64,000 nt of DNA, from contig JBEKTT010000016.1 in NCBI GenBank assembly GCA_049515795.1, positions 8,271-72,270 on the forward strand. The letters run 5' to 3'. Shown here piece after piece: positions 47,268 to 57,122 of this stretch; positions within the stretch are counted from its first letter, which is position 1, and each line of letters starts with the position of its first letter. A program made the position numbers and the translations under genes. This DNA is from Syntrophobacteraceae bacterium. Its GTDB lineage: Bacteria; Desulfobacterota; Syntrophobacteria; Syntrophobacterales; Syntrophobacteraceae. The notes below the pieces were generated by a model. It was not told the DNA's origin, ran no database searches, and saw nothing but the letters and a program-made list of their open reading frames with translations.

Positions 47268-47365
47268 CCGCCACGGACACCAGGCTGCAGCCTGCGAGGG
47301 AGTTCTCCCCAATTGCTTGCCGGGACGCAAGAGAAAAACCCGCGGCGGTTGGAAGTTTGTATTTG

Positions 47366-48232
47366 TCATGGTTTCCAGGAAGGGTTTATAGGTCTAAACT
47401 TGGGGGCTTCCGCCAAAAACCTCGGATCGTCTTTCCATTTTTCGTAAGTACTGTAAAGTCCGGGTACTAACCGGGTCCACCTGGGGTAGCGCGCAAAGAA
47501 ACAGGCGCTGTCGAAATCACCCTCCTTCTCCTCACTCCAGGGACTGGGGAGTGCCTCAGCCTTCACTCTTATGTCTTCGATCCGTTCCGAGCCGGGGGAA
47601 AGAATGCTTCCAGCCGGCCCCAGCTTGTCTTCTAACTCGATCAATATCGCCCTGACTCTTCGGTCCTCTTCTGCGGCGAGATTGTGATACTCCATCGAAA
47701 AGCGTTTGTTGCCGATCTCATACCACTCATCTCCCTTGACGCGATATTTTCGGGAAAGATACTCATGGGTCTGCAACGATTTGAGCAGAGAGGCAATCTC
47801 CTGAGCCTCCTGGGCATTCATCTCCGTGCTCATGTCTGAAGGTGCGGAGAATTCGCCTTTTAAGACGTCCTTGAAGACAAGCGGAATGGAAGTATAGAGA
47901 CCCAGGATCGATTCGCCCTCTTCATCGAAGTGCTTGCTTATTTTAGCGAAAGGGAAAACGGCGTTGTTGTCGTCGAATGAGATGCCCCACCTGCCCTCCG
48001 TCTGCCTCCAAACGCCTCCGTAACGATGCCGGATGCACTCACCGAAAAAAGAGCCGAGAACATCTATCAGTTTATCCGTGACGACCCTGGAAAGATCGGC
48101 GCGGATTCGTACAATGTAGTCATCGAGCCACGCGACCGATTTTTCATCATAAGAGAGCGTCACTCCAAGCAGGTCTTTCATCTGTTTGATGACCAGCTCT
48201 GCATTACGCCTGATTGTTTCTTCCATGACCAA
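47366..48232 (-). CDS. hypothetical protein
   Basis: 288-aa ORF with coding-like composition. No family recognised. Confidence 0.5.
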   Translation of the reverse strand: MVMEETIRRNAELVIKQMKDLLGVTLSYDEKSVAWLDDYIVRIRADLSRVVTDKLIDVLGSFFGECIRHRYGGVWRQTEGRWGISFDDNNAVFPFAKISKHFDEEGESILGLYTSIPLVFKDVLKGEFSAPSDMSTEMNAQEAQEIASLLKSLQTHEYLSRKYRVKGDEWYEIGNKRFSMEYHNLAAEEDRRVRAILIELEDKLGPAGSILSPGSERIEDIRVKAEALPSPWSEEKEGDFDSACFFARYPRWTRLVPGLYSTYEKWKDDPRFLAEAPKFRPINPSWKP

Positions 48233-48348
48233 CCTGTATCCCGAATACTGTTGCCTGTTTCCGGTTTAGTGACTTAGCACAACGGGATGGGGCTAGCCAA
48301 GCTAAATATTCTAAATTACCCGGAAAACTTTCGAAATGGCCGGCTCTG

Positions 48349-48384
48349 AAAAAAAGCAAAGTCCCCGCGCGTGCGGGGACTTTG
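48349..48384 (-). terminator. intrinsic terminator after the 38-codon ORF
   Basis: On the minus strand, a 12-bp stem CAAAGTCCCCGC/GCGGGGACTTTG with a 4-nt loop, followed by C + T7 (plus-strand A7 at 48349-48355). Confidence 0.8.
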
Positions 48385-48457
48385 TCAGAAATCCTAAGCA
48401 GGTGAAGCCTGGTATTTTATCTGAGAAAAGCGGAGATTGCCGGATTATAAAAGACTG

Positions 48458-48574
48458 TCAGGACATTCCCTGATTGTCGCATCCTCCCGTGAGAAGGTCG
48501 GCGATTTCATCAGGGGTCAATTCCAGTTCCTTTTCCTGTTCATCTTCATTTTTCCTGATTGTTTTGCGGGCCAT
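48458..48574 (-). CDS. small acidic protein, 38 aa (MARKTIRKNEDEQEKELELTPDEIADLLTGGCDNQGMS)
   Basis: Not in the ORF track because it is under 60 aa. AAGGAG lies 7 nt upstream of ATG 48574. It has its own promoter-like boxes and terminator. Confidence 0.55.
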   Translation of the reverse strand: MARKTIRKNEDEQEKELELTPDEIADLLTGGCDNQGMS

Positions 48575-48634
48575 GATGGATCTCCTTTTCTTGAGAACTC
48601 TGCTTCGTTTAAAGCCGTTCTCTTTTAGCGCGCA

Positions 48635-48662
48635 AAATAACCATTCGCCTCACTATGTCAAT
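48635..48662 (-). promoter_or_regulatory. sigma-70-like promoter for the 38-codon ORF
   Basis: On the minus strand, TTGACA (48662-48657), a 16-nt spacer and TATTTT (48640-48635). Confidence 0.5.
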
Positions 48663-48852
48663 TGAACCCCATCGGTCATCCGGTACTAAATCATGTCCCG
48701 GACTTCCTGATTGCAAATCCGGATTTTGAGCCGAAGCGAGCAACCACCCTTGAGGCATCCGATAGAAATCCGGCTTTATTTAGTGTATGTTAACCACGAA
48801 GGGCTTTTTCAGCCCGGCACAGAAGAATGGCACGCGAAAGGCGGCCCAAAAA

Positions 48853-49575
48853 ATGCCTGCCGCAACGGAGTCTAAACCGAGAATCTTTAAAATCGACCCT
48901 GCGGAAATAAGTGCGGAGGCGATTTGCGATGCTGCCTGCATCTTAAGGTCGGGGGGGCTTGTTCTGTACCCGACCGAGACATTTTATGCGCTGGGGGCGA
49001 TACCGGGGATTGCAGAAGCAGTGGAGAGGGTTTTCGAAATAAAAGGCAGGGACCTTGGCAAACCTCTGCCGCTTATCGCGTCGGACCTTCAGGCCGTCCT
49101 GGGCGCCGCATCCGAATGGCCCGAATCGGCCGAGGCGCTGGCGCGCTTGTTCTGGCCCGGTCCATTGAGTATGGTCATTCCCGCCGCTGCGTCTCTGGCT
49201 GCCGTCCTGCACGCAAAAACCGGCAAAATCGCCATCCGCATCTCTTCTCATCCGGTCGCCACGATGCTGGCTCAGGCCTCGGGAGGACTTATCGTTTCAA
49301 CCAGCGCAAACAAAGCGGGAGAGCCTCCTCCAAAAAGCCCCGGCGGTATCTCCACTGAGTTGATCCTATCGGTTGAGGCGTTACTGGATGCGGGGAATTT
49401 GCCTGGCGGTTTGCCTTCGGCTATAGTAGATATAACTGTTCAGCCGGCCGCGCTGATAAGGGCGGGCAAAATAGACTGGAAAGATATTCGACGGGCGATT
49501 GAACGGAAATCGGAGATCGGAAACAAGGAAACCAAAAAAGACCAATATCCACGCTGCGTGTGGTGTGAAGATTGA
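48853..49575 (+). CDS. tsaC: L-threonylcarbamoyladenylate synthase (YrdC/TsaC family)
   Basis: YrdC-domain motifs (LVLYPTETFYALGA; KGRDLGKPLPL; STSANKAGEP). The ORF starts at 48787; ATG 48853 is also possible. Confidence 0.8.
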   Translation: MPAATESKPRIFKIDPAEISAEAICDAACILRSGGLVLYPTETFYALGAIPGIAEAVERVFEIKGRDLGKPLPLIASDLQAVLGAASEWPESAEALARLFWPGPLSMVIPAAASLAAVLHAKTGKIAIRISSHPVATMLAQASGGLIVSTSANKAGEPPPKSPGGISTELILSVEALLDAGNLPGGLPSAIVDITVQPAALIRAGKIDWKDIRRAIERKSEIGNKETKKDQYPRCVWCED

Positions 49576-49612
49576 CATCCGATATGCCGCAGAGTTCGAG
49601 AAGAATCGATAA

Positions 49613-51769
49613 GTGCACATACTGATTGGATTTTCGGTAATATTTTTGATCCTGACAGGCGCTTTTGCAGCCTCTCGCCGCTGGAAAAGGCTGGGGGGCG
49701 CCCATACCCGTGTTGTGCTCACCGGCGGAGGAACGGGCGGCCATGTCAACCCGGCGCTGGCCATCGCAGAGGGCATAAAATCACGTGAGCCCGAAACGCG
49801 CTTTCTTTACATCGGTGTAAAAAACAAAGCCGAAAGTGTAATCGTTAACAAAGCGGGATATGAGCTTCGTTTTGTCTACTCCGAGGGATATCCGGGCATT
49901 GGTCCGTCTTTTCGAACTTTGCGGTTTCTCTTTAAGCTCGGCCTGGGAATCGCTCAATCCATCATTATTCTGATTGAGTTTGCTCCAAAGTGGATAATTG
50001 CTACCGGCGGCTATGTGAGCGCGCCCGTCATTATCGCTGCAATTTTATTGAAAAAGCTGAAAATTGCGCCCGTACGAATTTTTCTGCACGAGCAGAACAG
50101 CATTCCCGGCCAATTGAACGCCTTAATGGGAAGGTGGGCTGACAAGGTGCTGCTTACCTTTCCCCAGACCCTTTGTTTTTTCCCCAACGCAACGGTTGCA
50201 GGCTATCCTATACGCCACTCGATAGTTGCTATCCCACCGGAGCAGGCCAGAAAAAGGCTTTCCTTTGAAATCCCGCAGGGCCGGGATGTGATATTCGCGT
50301 TTGGAGGGTCCCAGGGAGCGCGTACGATAAATCGTGCAATAGTCGATGCGCTTCCTTTCCTTCTCGAGTACAGGGACCGGCTGTTTATAATACACGGCAG
50401 CGGACTTGCCAGCTCTGTCGAATACGATGCGGCGGCGGACACCGAACGGCGGATCGAAAAAACTCTATCCCCGGAACAAAGGGCTTTGCTGGGGGAGCTA
50501 TATTACCGGCAAGACTATTTTCACGATATCGCCGAGATTTACTCGGTAAGCTCGCTAATCGTTTGCAGAAGCGGTGCGGGCAGCCTAAACGAGATTTCAC
50601 GCATTGGGAAACCCGCTCTGCTGATCCCGAAAGTCAATCTGCCGGGCGATCACCAGGTGATGAACGCCCGAGCCATGAAAAGCTTCGGGGCCGCCGAGGT
50701 GCTGTTCGAAGACACGGTTATGGAGAACGGAGAACTGCTTGAGAAGCTCGATGGGCGAGTTCTGGCGCAAAAGATTTTATCCCTGCTCGAAAACCCGGCG
50801 CTGCTGCGGTCGATGGGTGAAAAGAGCAGGGATTTTCTGAGGCGAAAGGCCATCGAGCGGATATTGAGCGAAATCTATGGAGATATGCGCTTCATGGATG
50901 GCAACGGCCATCAGGTGACAGCTTTCAGAGATCTGGCGGGAAACGCCCAGCTCCTGCAAATGCTCTCCACTGCGTATAGCCTTTTGGGGCGCGATTTCGA
51001 CCCCGCTTCGGTGGTGGACGACCCTGACGACCTTGCCTATTACCGTCACAGGGCGGCGGGGCTGCTGAGCCGCAAAGGCTGGCAGGACCGCAACCTGGGT
51101 ATCAAACTGATTGGTCTTACAAGGTACAGGGAAAAAATCCCGACGCTGCTTAAAATGCTCTCCGACAGGACCCCGGTAAGCAAAATAAAAAAATTTTTCG
51201 GAGGAGATTTCGAGCAAGTCGGGTTTATCCGAAGAAACATCGTCCAGGCACTTCAAGTTATGGACCACTTCGACTCTGATGTTGAAAAACATTTGCTTGC
51301 CGCCCTTAAGGACCCTTATTTCGAAGTGCGAGTCCAGGCTTGCCGCAGCGCCGCTCATTTCGGCCCATTTTTGGCGGGAAACAAGTCATGGATAAATGGG
51401 ATTGCCGAACGCCTTGAAGATGATTGTTTCGAGGTTGTAATCGAGGCAGCCAGGGCTCTGGGCGAGATAGGAACAGACCGGGAAGCCGCAGAGGCGCTCT
51501 TTTCCATGAATGAATCGCACTACTGGCAGGTACGCAACGCCGCTTTGTGCGGACTGAAGAAAATGATCGAACGGGGGGTGGTGGAAGCCTCTGAGGAGCT
51601 GCTCTCCAGGACCTCGTCTTTCATCCTGACCTCGACTGATTTCAGGCCGCATTTCGAGATAAAGGAAACATACGCGGCAGTCCGGAAGTGCGCAGAAGAG
51701 TCTAAATCCGAGCACCATTTGCCTGGTCAAGCCGCTTTATCAGACCATGTCTCCAGGAAAATCCAATGA
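49613..51769 (+). CDS. MurG-like GT28 glycosyltransferase fused to a C-terminal HEAT-repeat domain
   Basis: MurG motifs (LTGGGTGGHVNPALA; ATGGYVSAP; HEQNSIPG; FGGSQGA; CRSGAGSLNE; GDHQVMNA) lie in aa ~33-400. Aa ~440-718 carry HEAT-like repeats (PYFEVRVQACRSAA; CFEVVIEAARALGEIG; YWQVRNAALCGL). GTG start with a hydrophobic N-terminus. Confidence 0.8.
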   Translation: MHILIGFSVIFLILTGAFAASRRWKRLGGAHTRVVLTGGGTGGHVNPALAIAEGIKSREPETRFLYIGVKNKAESVIVNKAGYELRFVYSEGYPGIGPSFRTLRFLFKLGLGIAQSIIILIEFAPKWIIATGGYVSAPVIIAAILLKKLKIAPVRIFLHEQNSIPGQLNALMGRWADKVLLTFPQTLCFFPNATVAGYPIRHSIVAIPPEQARKRLSFEIPQGRDVIFAFGGSQGARTINRAIVDALPFLLEYRDRLFIIHGSGLASSVEYDAAADTERRIEKTLSPEQRALLGELYYRQDYFHDIAEIYSVSSLIVCRSGAGSLNEISRIGKPALLIPKVNLPGDHQVMNARAMKSFGAAEVLFEDTVMENGELLEKLDGRVLAQKILSLLENPALLRSMGEKSRDFLRRKAIERILSEIYGDMRFMDGNGHQVTAFRDLAGNAQLLQMLSTAYSLLGRDFDPASVVDDPDDLAYYRHRAAGLLSRKGWQDRNLGIKLIGLTRYREKIPTLLKMLSDRTPVSKIKKFFGGDFEQVGFIRRNIVQALQVMDHFDSDVEKHLLAALKDPYFEVRVQACRSAAHFGPFLAGNKSWINGIAERLEDDCFEVVIEAARALGEIGTDREAAEALFSMNESHYWQVRNAALCGLKKMIERGVVEASEELLSRTSSFILTSTDFRPHFEIKETYAAVRKCAEESKSEHHLPGQAALSDHVSRKIQ

Positions 51770-52875
51770 TTTACGAAATCTGCAATTTTCTCCTCCCGCT
51801 TTCCGAGAGTTTTTCATTCTGCCGGCTGGTGAACTACATAAGCTTCAGGGCCATAATGTCTGCGCTAACGGCAGTCATAATCATTTTCCTTTTCAGCAGG
51901 CATTTTATTCTATTTATCCATAGGCTCTGTTTTCTGGAACAGGTCCGCGAAACCGGCGTTCATTCAGCATTCGACAAAAGAGGCACTCCGACCATGGGCG
52001 GAGTGCTCATAATCGGGGCCGTACTCGTTTCGATGGCTATCTGGGGCAACTGGCGCAGCCCCTTTATGCTCTGCTCCGTTGCGGGGATGGTCTGGTTCGG
52101 GCTGCTCGGCCTTTGGGACGACGTGTACAAGGTGCGGTTGAAAAGCGGGGACAGGGGACTTTCAGAACGCAGCAAGCTTTTTCTGCAGGGGTTTTTCAGC
52201 CTTGTTTTCGCCTGGATTTGCGTCGGACCTTACGCGCCCCTTGGAAGCGCGCTTGCCACCAAAGTGTTCGTTCCATTTTACAAATACCCGCTCGCCGACA
52301 TCGGACCATGGCTCTACGGCCTGTTCATATTCCTGTTCGTTATCTTTGTTTGCAATGCAGTGAACATAACCGACGGTCTCGATGGTCTTGCCATTACGCC
52401 CTCGATTTTCGTAGTGGCCGTTTTGGGCATCTTCGCCTACGTTGAGGGCAACCGGATTTACTCGAGTTATCTGTACTACCCGTATTTGCGCGGGGCCGGC
52501 GAGCTGACGATCTTCGGGGCAGCATTCGTAGGCGCCGGGCTGGGGTTTTTGTGGTATAATGCTTACCCTGCCCAGATCTTTATGGGAGACACGGGTTCGC
52601 TCGCCATCGGAGGCACAATGGCTGTCATGTCGGTCCTGTTGAAACAGGAAATGCTTTTCCCCCTGTTGGGCGCCCTGTTCATCGCCGAAGCCATCAGCAG
52701 CCAGGTGCAGGATAAAATAGGCGTAAAGTGGATCGGTCGCCGGATTTTTTTCCGCGCCCCTCTGCACCATAACCTGCAGCACAAGGGTTTGGCCGAAACC
52801 AAGGTCGTGATACGTCTTTGGATCGTTGCAGGCATTCTTGCTCTCATTTCTCTTGCCACTCTTAAACTGCGGTAA
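51766..52875 (+). CDS. mraY: phospho-N-acetylmuramoyl-pentapeptide-transferase
   Basis: MraY motifs (GTPTMGG; NAVNITDGLDGLA; MGDTGSLAIGG) and 10 TM-like segments. ATGA overlap with the upstream stop codon. Confidence 0.88.
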   Translation: MIYEICNFLLPLSESFSFCRLVNYISFRAIMSALTAVIIIFLFSRHFILFIHRLCFLEQVRETGVHSAFDKRGTPTMGGVLIIGAVLVSMAIWGNWRSPFMLCSVAGMVWFGLLGLWDDVYKVRLKSGDRGLSERSKLFLQGFFSLVFAWICVGPYAPLGSALATKVFVPFYKYPLADIGPWLYGLFIFLFVIFVCNAVNITDGLDGLAITPSIFVVAVLGIFAYVEGNRIYSSYLYYPYLRGAGELTIFGAAFVGAGLGFLWYNAYPAQIFMGDTGSLAIGGTMAVMSVLLKQEMLFPLLGALFIAEAISSQVQDKIGVKWIGRRIFFRAPLHHNLQHKGLAETKVVIRLWIVAGILALISLATLKLR

Positions 52876-52974
52876 TTTCTCCTTTTTCGCTTTATATTTT
52901 TTGGGGCTGCGTATAATAGTTGTCATCAGCCGAGATGATATAAGCAGGTCAAGGGTGGAACAACAGGGGAGACA

Positions 52975-53910
52975 ATGAACGTTCTTATCGTCGGTGCGGG
53001 AGCGCTTGGCAGTTTGATCGGGGCACGGCTATCGAAGACGCACGCATCCATTTCGCTTTTCAGCACAAACCGCGAGCACATGGAGGCTATTCGGCAGGGC
53101 GGACTCGATATCGAGGAACTTGACGGAACCGTACGCAACTATCCGCTCACGACCTATTTCGAGGTTGACAAACTCCCCCGCAACCCTGAGCTCGCGCTTG
53201 TCCTGGTAAAGACATATGCGACGCAAAGGGCCGTATCGCTCGTGCAAGGGGTCTGTTCGCCCTCCACTGTTTTTTTAACCCTCCAGAACGGAATAGGAAA
53301 CTGGGAGCGGATAGCCGAAATCACAGGCAAAGAGGCCGTCCTTGCAGGCAGCACCGCTCAGGGATCGACTCTGCTCGGACCGGGCTTAATACGTCACGGA
53401 GGCAACGGGCCCACCTATATCGGCGAACCTGACGGGTCCACATCCGAAAGGGTCAGACGATCGGTAGAGTTATTCCGGGAAGCCGGGCTGGCAGCGGAAC
53501 CGAGCGAGGAGGTGGAGAGGCTCATCTGGGAAAAGCTCGTCATAAACGTCGGGATAAACGCGATCACAGGCCTGACCGGCATACGAAACGGCTTCATAGC
53601 GGAGATGCAGGAGGCGGGCGACCTGTGCCGCTTAGCGGTCGAGGAAGCAATAATGGTGGCCGGGTCGAAAGGTTTTCCTATCGGCATGGAGATGGTCCAA
53701 CGGGTAATCGCAGTCGCCAGGGCTACTGCCCGCAACCGCTCGTCGATGGGTCAGGACGTAGATAAGAAAAAGAAAACCGAGATCGATGCAATAAACGGGG
53801 CAGTGGTGCGCTTCGGGAAGGAGGCGGGAATTCCGACCCCGGTCAACCGGACGCTCACATTACTGATGAAGGTGCTCGAAGCCCAATACACCGGCCCAAG
53901 GACGCCGTAG
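52975..53910 (+). CDS. panE: 2-dehydropantoate 2-reductase
   Basis: N-terminal Rossmann motif MNVLIVGAGALGS, ApbA/PanE length, and a C-terminal SSMGQD..K..TEID motif. Confidence 0.85.
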   Translation: MNVLIVGAGALGSLIGARLSKTHASISLFSTNREHMEAIRQGGLDIEELDGTVRNYPLTTYFEVDKLPRNPELALVLVKTYATQRAVSLVQGVCSPSTVFLTLQNGIGNWERIAEITGKEAVLAGSTAQGSTLLGPGLIRHGGNGPTYIGEPDGSTSERVRRSVELFREAGLAAEPSEEVERLIWEKLVINVGINAITGLTGIRNGFIAEMQEAGDLCRLAVEEAIMVAGSKGFPIGMEMVQRVIAVARATARNRSSMGQDVDKKKKTEIDAINGAVVRFGKEAGIPTPVNRTLTLLMKVLEAQYTGPRTP

Positions 53911-54000
53911 TGGGCTCGGGGAGCCGCCACAGGCGCGATTGGCAGACGCCGCGAGCCGGGATATGACATGAAATGACATGGAATGGCAGGGATTAAGACT

Positions 54001-54320
54001 CCTCGTATGACAGACTTATATAATACCCTGCTCGAAAAAAATGCGCCTGTCATGATAAGAGCGGCGACCGTGCGTGCAGCCATGCAGAACGCACAGACAT
54101 TAAATGTGGTGCGTTTGAAGGCAAGCCAAATGTTAAACGCTTCCAAAAAGTGAAGTGTCTCCAGTGTATAGATCACGCTTCGCGAGCTTCGCATTGCTTC
54201 ACAAAGTGAAGCAATACTTGCTGGCCTCCCTTAGCGAAGTGCTAGCGCGTAGCGCGGAGGCCGACCGCTCATTCTCGACAGCCCACCCACCCGCGAGACG
54301 GGGCGGGAGCGGGAGGCCTT
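54001..54320 (+). repeat. mosaic intergenic repeat, copy C (different central module)
   Basis: Shares the left ~125 bp and right ~75 bp with copy A. The centre is replaced by a GTGAAG/CTTCAC hairpin module. Confidence 0.9.
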
Positions 54321-54435
54321 ATTATATATAGTCCCATCAATCTTGGGGGGACTGATTCGGCTTTTGGCCGGAGTTTTCAGGCATCAACCAACCGGGCAGG
54401 CGCCATGCCGCTCGAGTAAAAAAGGAGAGAGCCAA

Positions 54436-55272
54436 ATGAGCAAAAGAGTGACCGTTCCCGAGATCATTGCTGCCAAAGGCAAGCGTAAACTGACCGAGCT
54501 TACCGCATACGATTACCCTACCGCGTTATGGGCGGATAAGAGCGGAGTCGATATGCTGCTTGTCGGCGACTCGCTTGCGATGGTCGTTTTGGGCCAGCAG
54601 GACACACTTTCAGTCGGAATGACTGAAATGCTCCATCACACCCTGGCGGTCAGCAGGGGGGCAAACCGGGCCTTAGTAATCGGCGATATGCCTTTCATGT
54701 CTTATCAGGCGAGCGTGGAACAAGCCCTCATAAATGCCGGCCGTTTTATGAAGGAAGCCAGGGCGAGCGCTGTAAAACTCGAAGGGGGAGCAAGGGTGAT
54801 CCCGCAGGTCAGGGCAATGGTGGAAGCCGGAATTCCGGTGCAGGGCCATCTTGGTCTGACGCCCCAGAGCGCAGCCCAATTCGGAGGTTTCAAGGTACAG
54901 GGAAAATCCGCCGAAGCCGCCAGGGTGCTGATCGAAGACGCCCAGGCTCTGGCTGAGGCCGGATGCTTCAGCATAGTCCTCGAGGCCATTCCTTCCTCAA
55001 TCGCAGAGATGATCTCCGAGGCCGTGCCGGTACCCACTATCGGTATCGGGGCGGGGCCGTCCTGCGATGGGCAGGTGCTCGTTATTCATGATGTGTTGGG
55101 GCTTTTCGACAGGTTCGTACCTCGGTTCGTAAAAAAATACGCAAAGCTTGACGATGTGATTATAGCAGCCCTGGTCAAATACAGGGAAGAGGTGGAGCAG
55201 GGCATTTTCCCCGGACCCGAGCATGGGTTCATGATCGACGAACAGGAAGTAAAGAAGCTGGAAAAAACCTAG
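54436..55272 (+). CDS. panB: 3-methyl-2-oxobutanoate hydroxymethyltransferase
   Basis: PanB motifs (LTAYDY; LLVGDSLAMV; VKLEGG). AAAGGAGAG RBS precedes ATG 54436; the ORF track start 54343 lies in the repeat. Confidence 0.9.
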   Translation: MSKRVTVPEIIAAKGKRKLTELTAYDYPTALWADKSGVDMLLVGDSLAMVVLGQQDTLSVGMTEMLHHTLAVSRGANRALVIGDMPFMSYQASVEQALINAGRFMKEARASAVKLEGGARVIPQVRAMVEAGIPVQGHLGLTPQSAAQFGGFKVQGKSAEAARVLIEDAQALAEAGCFSIVLEAIPSSIAEMISEAVPVPTIGIGAGPSCDGQVLVIHDVLGLFDRFVPRFVKKYAKLDDVIIAALVKYREEVEQGIFPGPEHGFMIDEQEVKKLEKT

Positions 55273-55857
55273 AGATGTACAAGGGGCGGGAGTTTTCCGG
55301 TTCCGATATATGGAATTTGAACTCCCCGCCCCGTTCAAAAAACACAATTAATAAATACAGTTCTTTCCCTCCGGGAGTACCGTCTATACCTGATTTAAAA
55401 AACCGAATCCCCGGGTTAGATTATTGCCCGGTTGTCCTCGGCCTAAAACCCCGTTTTCCTTTTTGTGATCCTCAACTTGGGAGCCGGGCCCCGCTACTTG
55501 TCTCTTTTCTTGTGGCGTTTGGCCGGACCGGTGATGCAAGCGTTCACCACAGCATCTCATGTCCCACTGGGACACCCTAAACTATGAAACGATCGGTAGG
55601 TGGGGTGCCGGGCGTAAGCGGAGCGCAGCCCGTCACGCCTTTTCGAGACAGACGCAGAGAAAAGCTTTGTTAGGCAGGATTTACAGGATTTACAGAAATG
55701 GCTATTTCTAAGGCCTGAGAATAAGGTGGAAATAGCTTCTGCGTTACGGTTGATCTTGTTGAGTGTTGGTATCTCGAAGCTCCGCGAGGGACCTCTGCGG
55801 TGAACGGGTACGACACACCACTGTCAACGATTACCTCAAGATCCGAAAGGAGACCTC

Positions 55858-56376
55858 ATGAAGGTCCTTGTCACAATTATTGTCTTTGTGGTTTTGACCG
55901 CCGGGGCCGGGGCCGCATTGGTCTGGTTCGGGTTCTTTAATGTCTCCGCCCGTGTCCCGCACTGGGACATCACGGTTGAAGCCATTGAGGTTTTGCGCGA
56001 CCGGTCGATTATCGTCCACAGCCGGGATGTCAAAACACCTCCCCTGGCGGACCCATCGCTGGCGCCGAAAGGGGCGGCCTTATATAACGAAGCTTGCCTT
56101 TATTGCCACGGGGCCCCGGGGATTTCGGCTCGTCGCTTTTCCCAGGGCCTTTACCCCGCCCCGGCAGACCTGCTTTCGGGATCTACACAGAACGAATGGG
56201 AGGACGCACAACTGTACTGGATTGTGGACAATGGCCTCAAACTAACCGGAATGCCCGCTTTCGGCTCGATTTACGAGAAAGACCAAATAGCAGCCGTGAT
56301 CGCTTTCGTCAGGCGGCTCCCCAAAATATCTCCCGGTGAGTACGAGCGGATGGCCGGACCAAGTGAAGGTCGATAA
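55858..56376 (+). CDS. membrane-anchored monohaem c-type cytochrome
   Basis: N-terminal TM helix, a single CxxCH (CLYCHG) and a distal Met context (LTGMPAF). Confidence 0.75.
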   Translation: MKVLVTIIVFVVLTAGAGAALVWFGFFNVSARVPHWDITVEAIEVLRDRSIIVHSRDVKTPPLADPSLAPKGAALYNEACLYCHGAPGISARRFSQGLYPAPADLLSGSTQNEWEDAQLYWIVDNGLKLTGMPAFGSIYEKDQIAAVIAFVRRLPKISPGEYERMAGPSEGR

Positions 56377-56443
56377 CACCATCAGCCTTAGATCCAGCCA
56401 TATTCGGATTCTTTTTAAGCGACCGGTGATCCGCCGGCGCCGG

Positions 56444-57040
56444 CTACTTTTCCCGTTTGACGCTCTCGATAACCACGGGTTTTACAGGCACATCCTGGTT
56501 TGAAGTCGCAACGCTCTTTATCTTGTCCACGACGTCCATCCCGTCAATAACCTTGCCGAAAACCGCATAGCCGAAACCGGCGCCTGAATTGTCCCTGTGG
56601 TTAAGAGATACATTGTCCACGACATTTATGAAGAATTGGGCAGTCGCGCTGTCAACGACGTTTGTTCTGGCCATTGCAATGGTCCCGCGGTCGTTCTTGA
56701 GCTCTGCGCCAGCCTCATTCTTGACAGGGGCATGGGTTGGCTTCTGTTTCATATCCGGCGTAAACCCGCCTCCCTGGATCATGAAATTGCCTATAACCCG
56801 ATGGAAGATGGTGCCGTCGTAGAATCCCTCATCCACGTACTGCAAAAAATTTTTCACTGTTTCAGGGGCTTTGCCAGGCCAGAGTTCGATCCTGATCGGG
56901 CCCAGGGACGTCTTCATCAAGACGACCGGATTTGCGGGCTGTGCATTTTCTTCGGGGCCGGCCGCCGAGGAAAAGCTTTGTAATATCATCGAGCAGCTAG
57001 AGATGAGGACCAGCAACAATGTGTACTTCAAATAAGCCAT
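56444..57040 (-). CDS. peptidylprolyl isomerase, cyclophilin type, with signal peptide
   Basis: [15 protein letters not shown] cyclophilin signature. AAAGGAG RBS precedes ATG 57040; the ORF track start is 57151. Confidence 0.9.
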   Translation of the reverse strand: MAYLKYTLLLVLISSCSMILQSFSSAAGPEENAQPANPVVLMKTSLGPIRIELWPGKAPETVKNFLQYVDEGFYDGTIFHRVIGNFMIQGGGFTPDMKQKPTHAPVKNEAGAELKNDRGTIAMARTNVVDSATAQFFINVVDNVSLNHRDNSGAGFGYAVFGKVIDGMDVVDKIKSVATSNQDVPVKPVVIESVKREK

Positions 57041-57122
57041 TTTCCACTCCTTTGGATAAATGTTAAACATTAAACTTCTGACAAAGAATATAGGGCTGCT
57101 GGAATCGAGTTGAGGAAATGTA

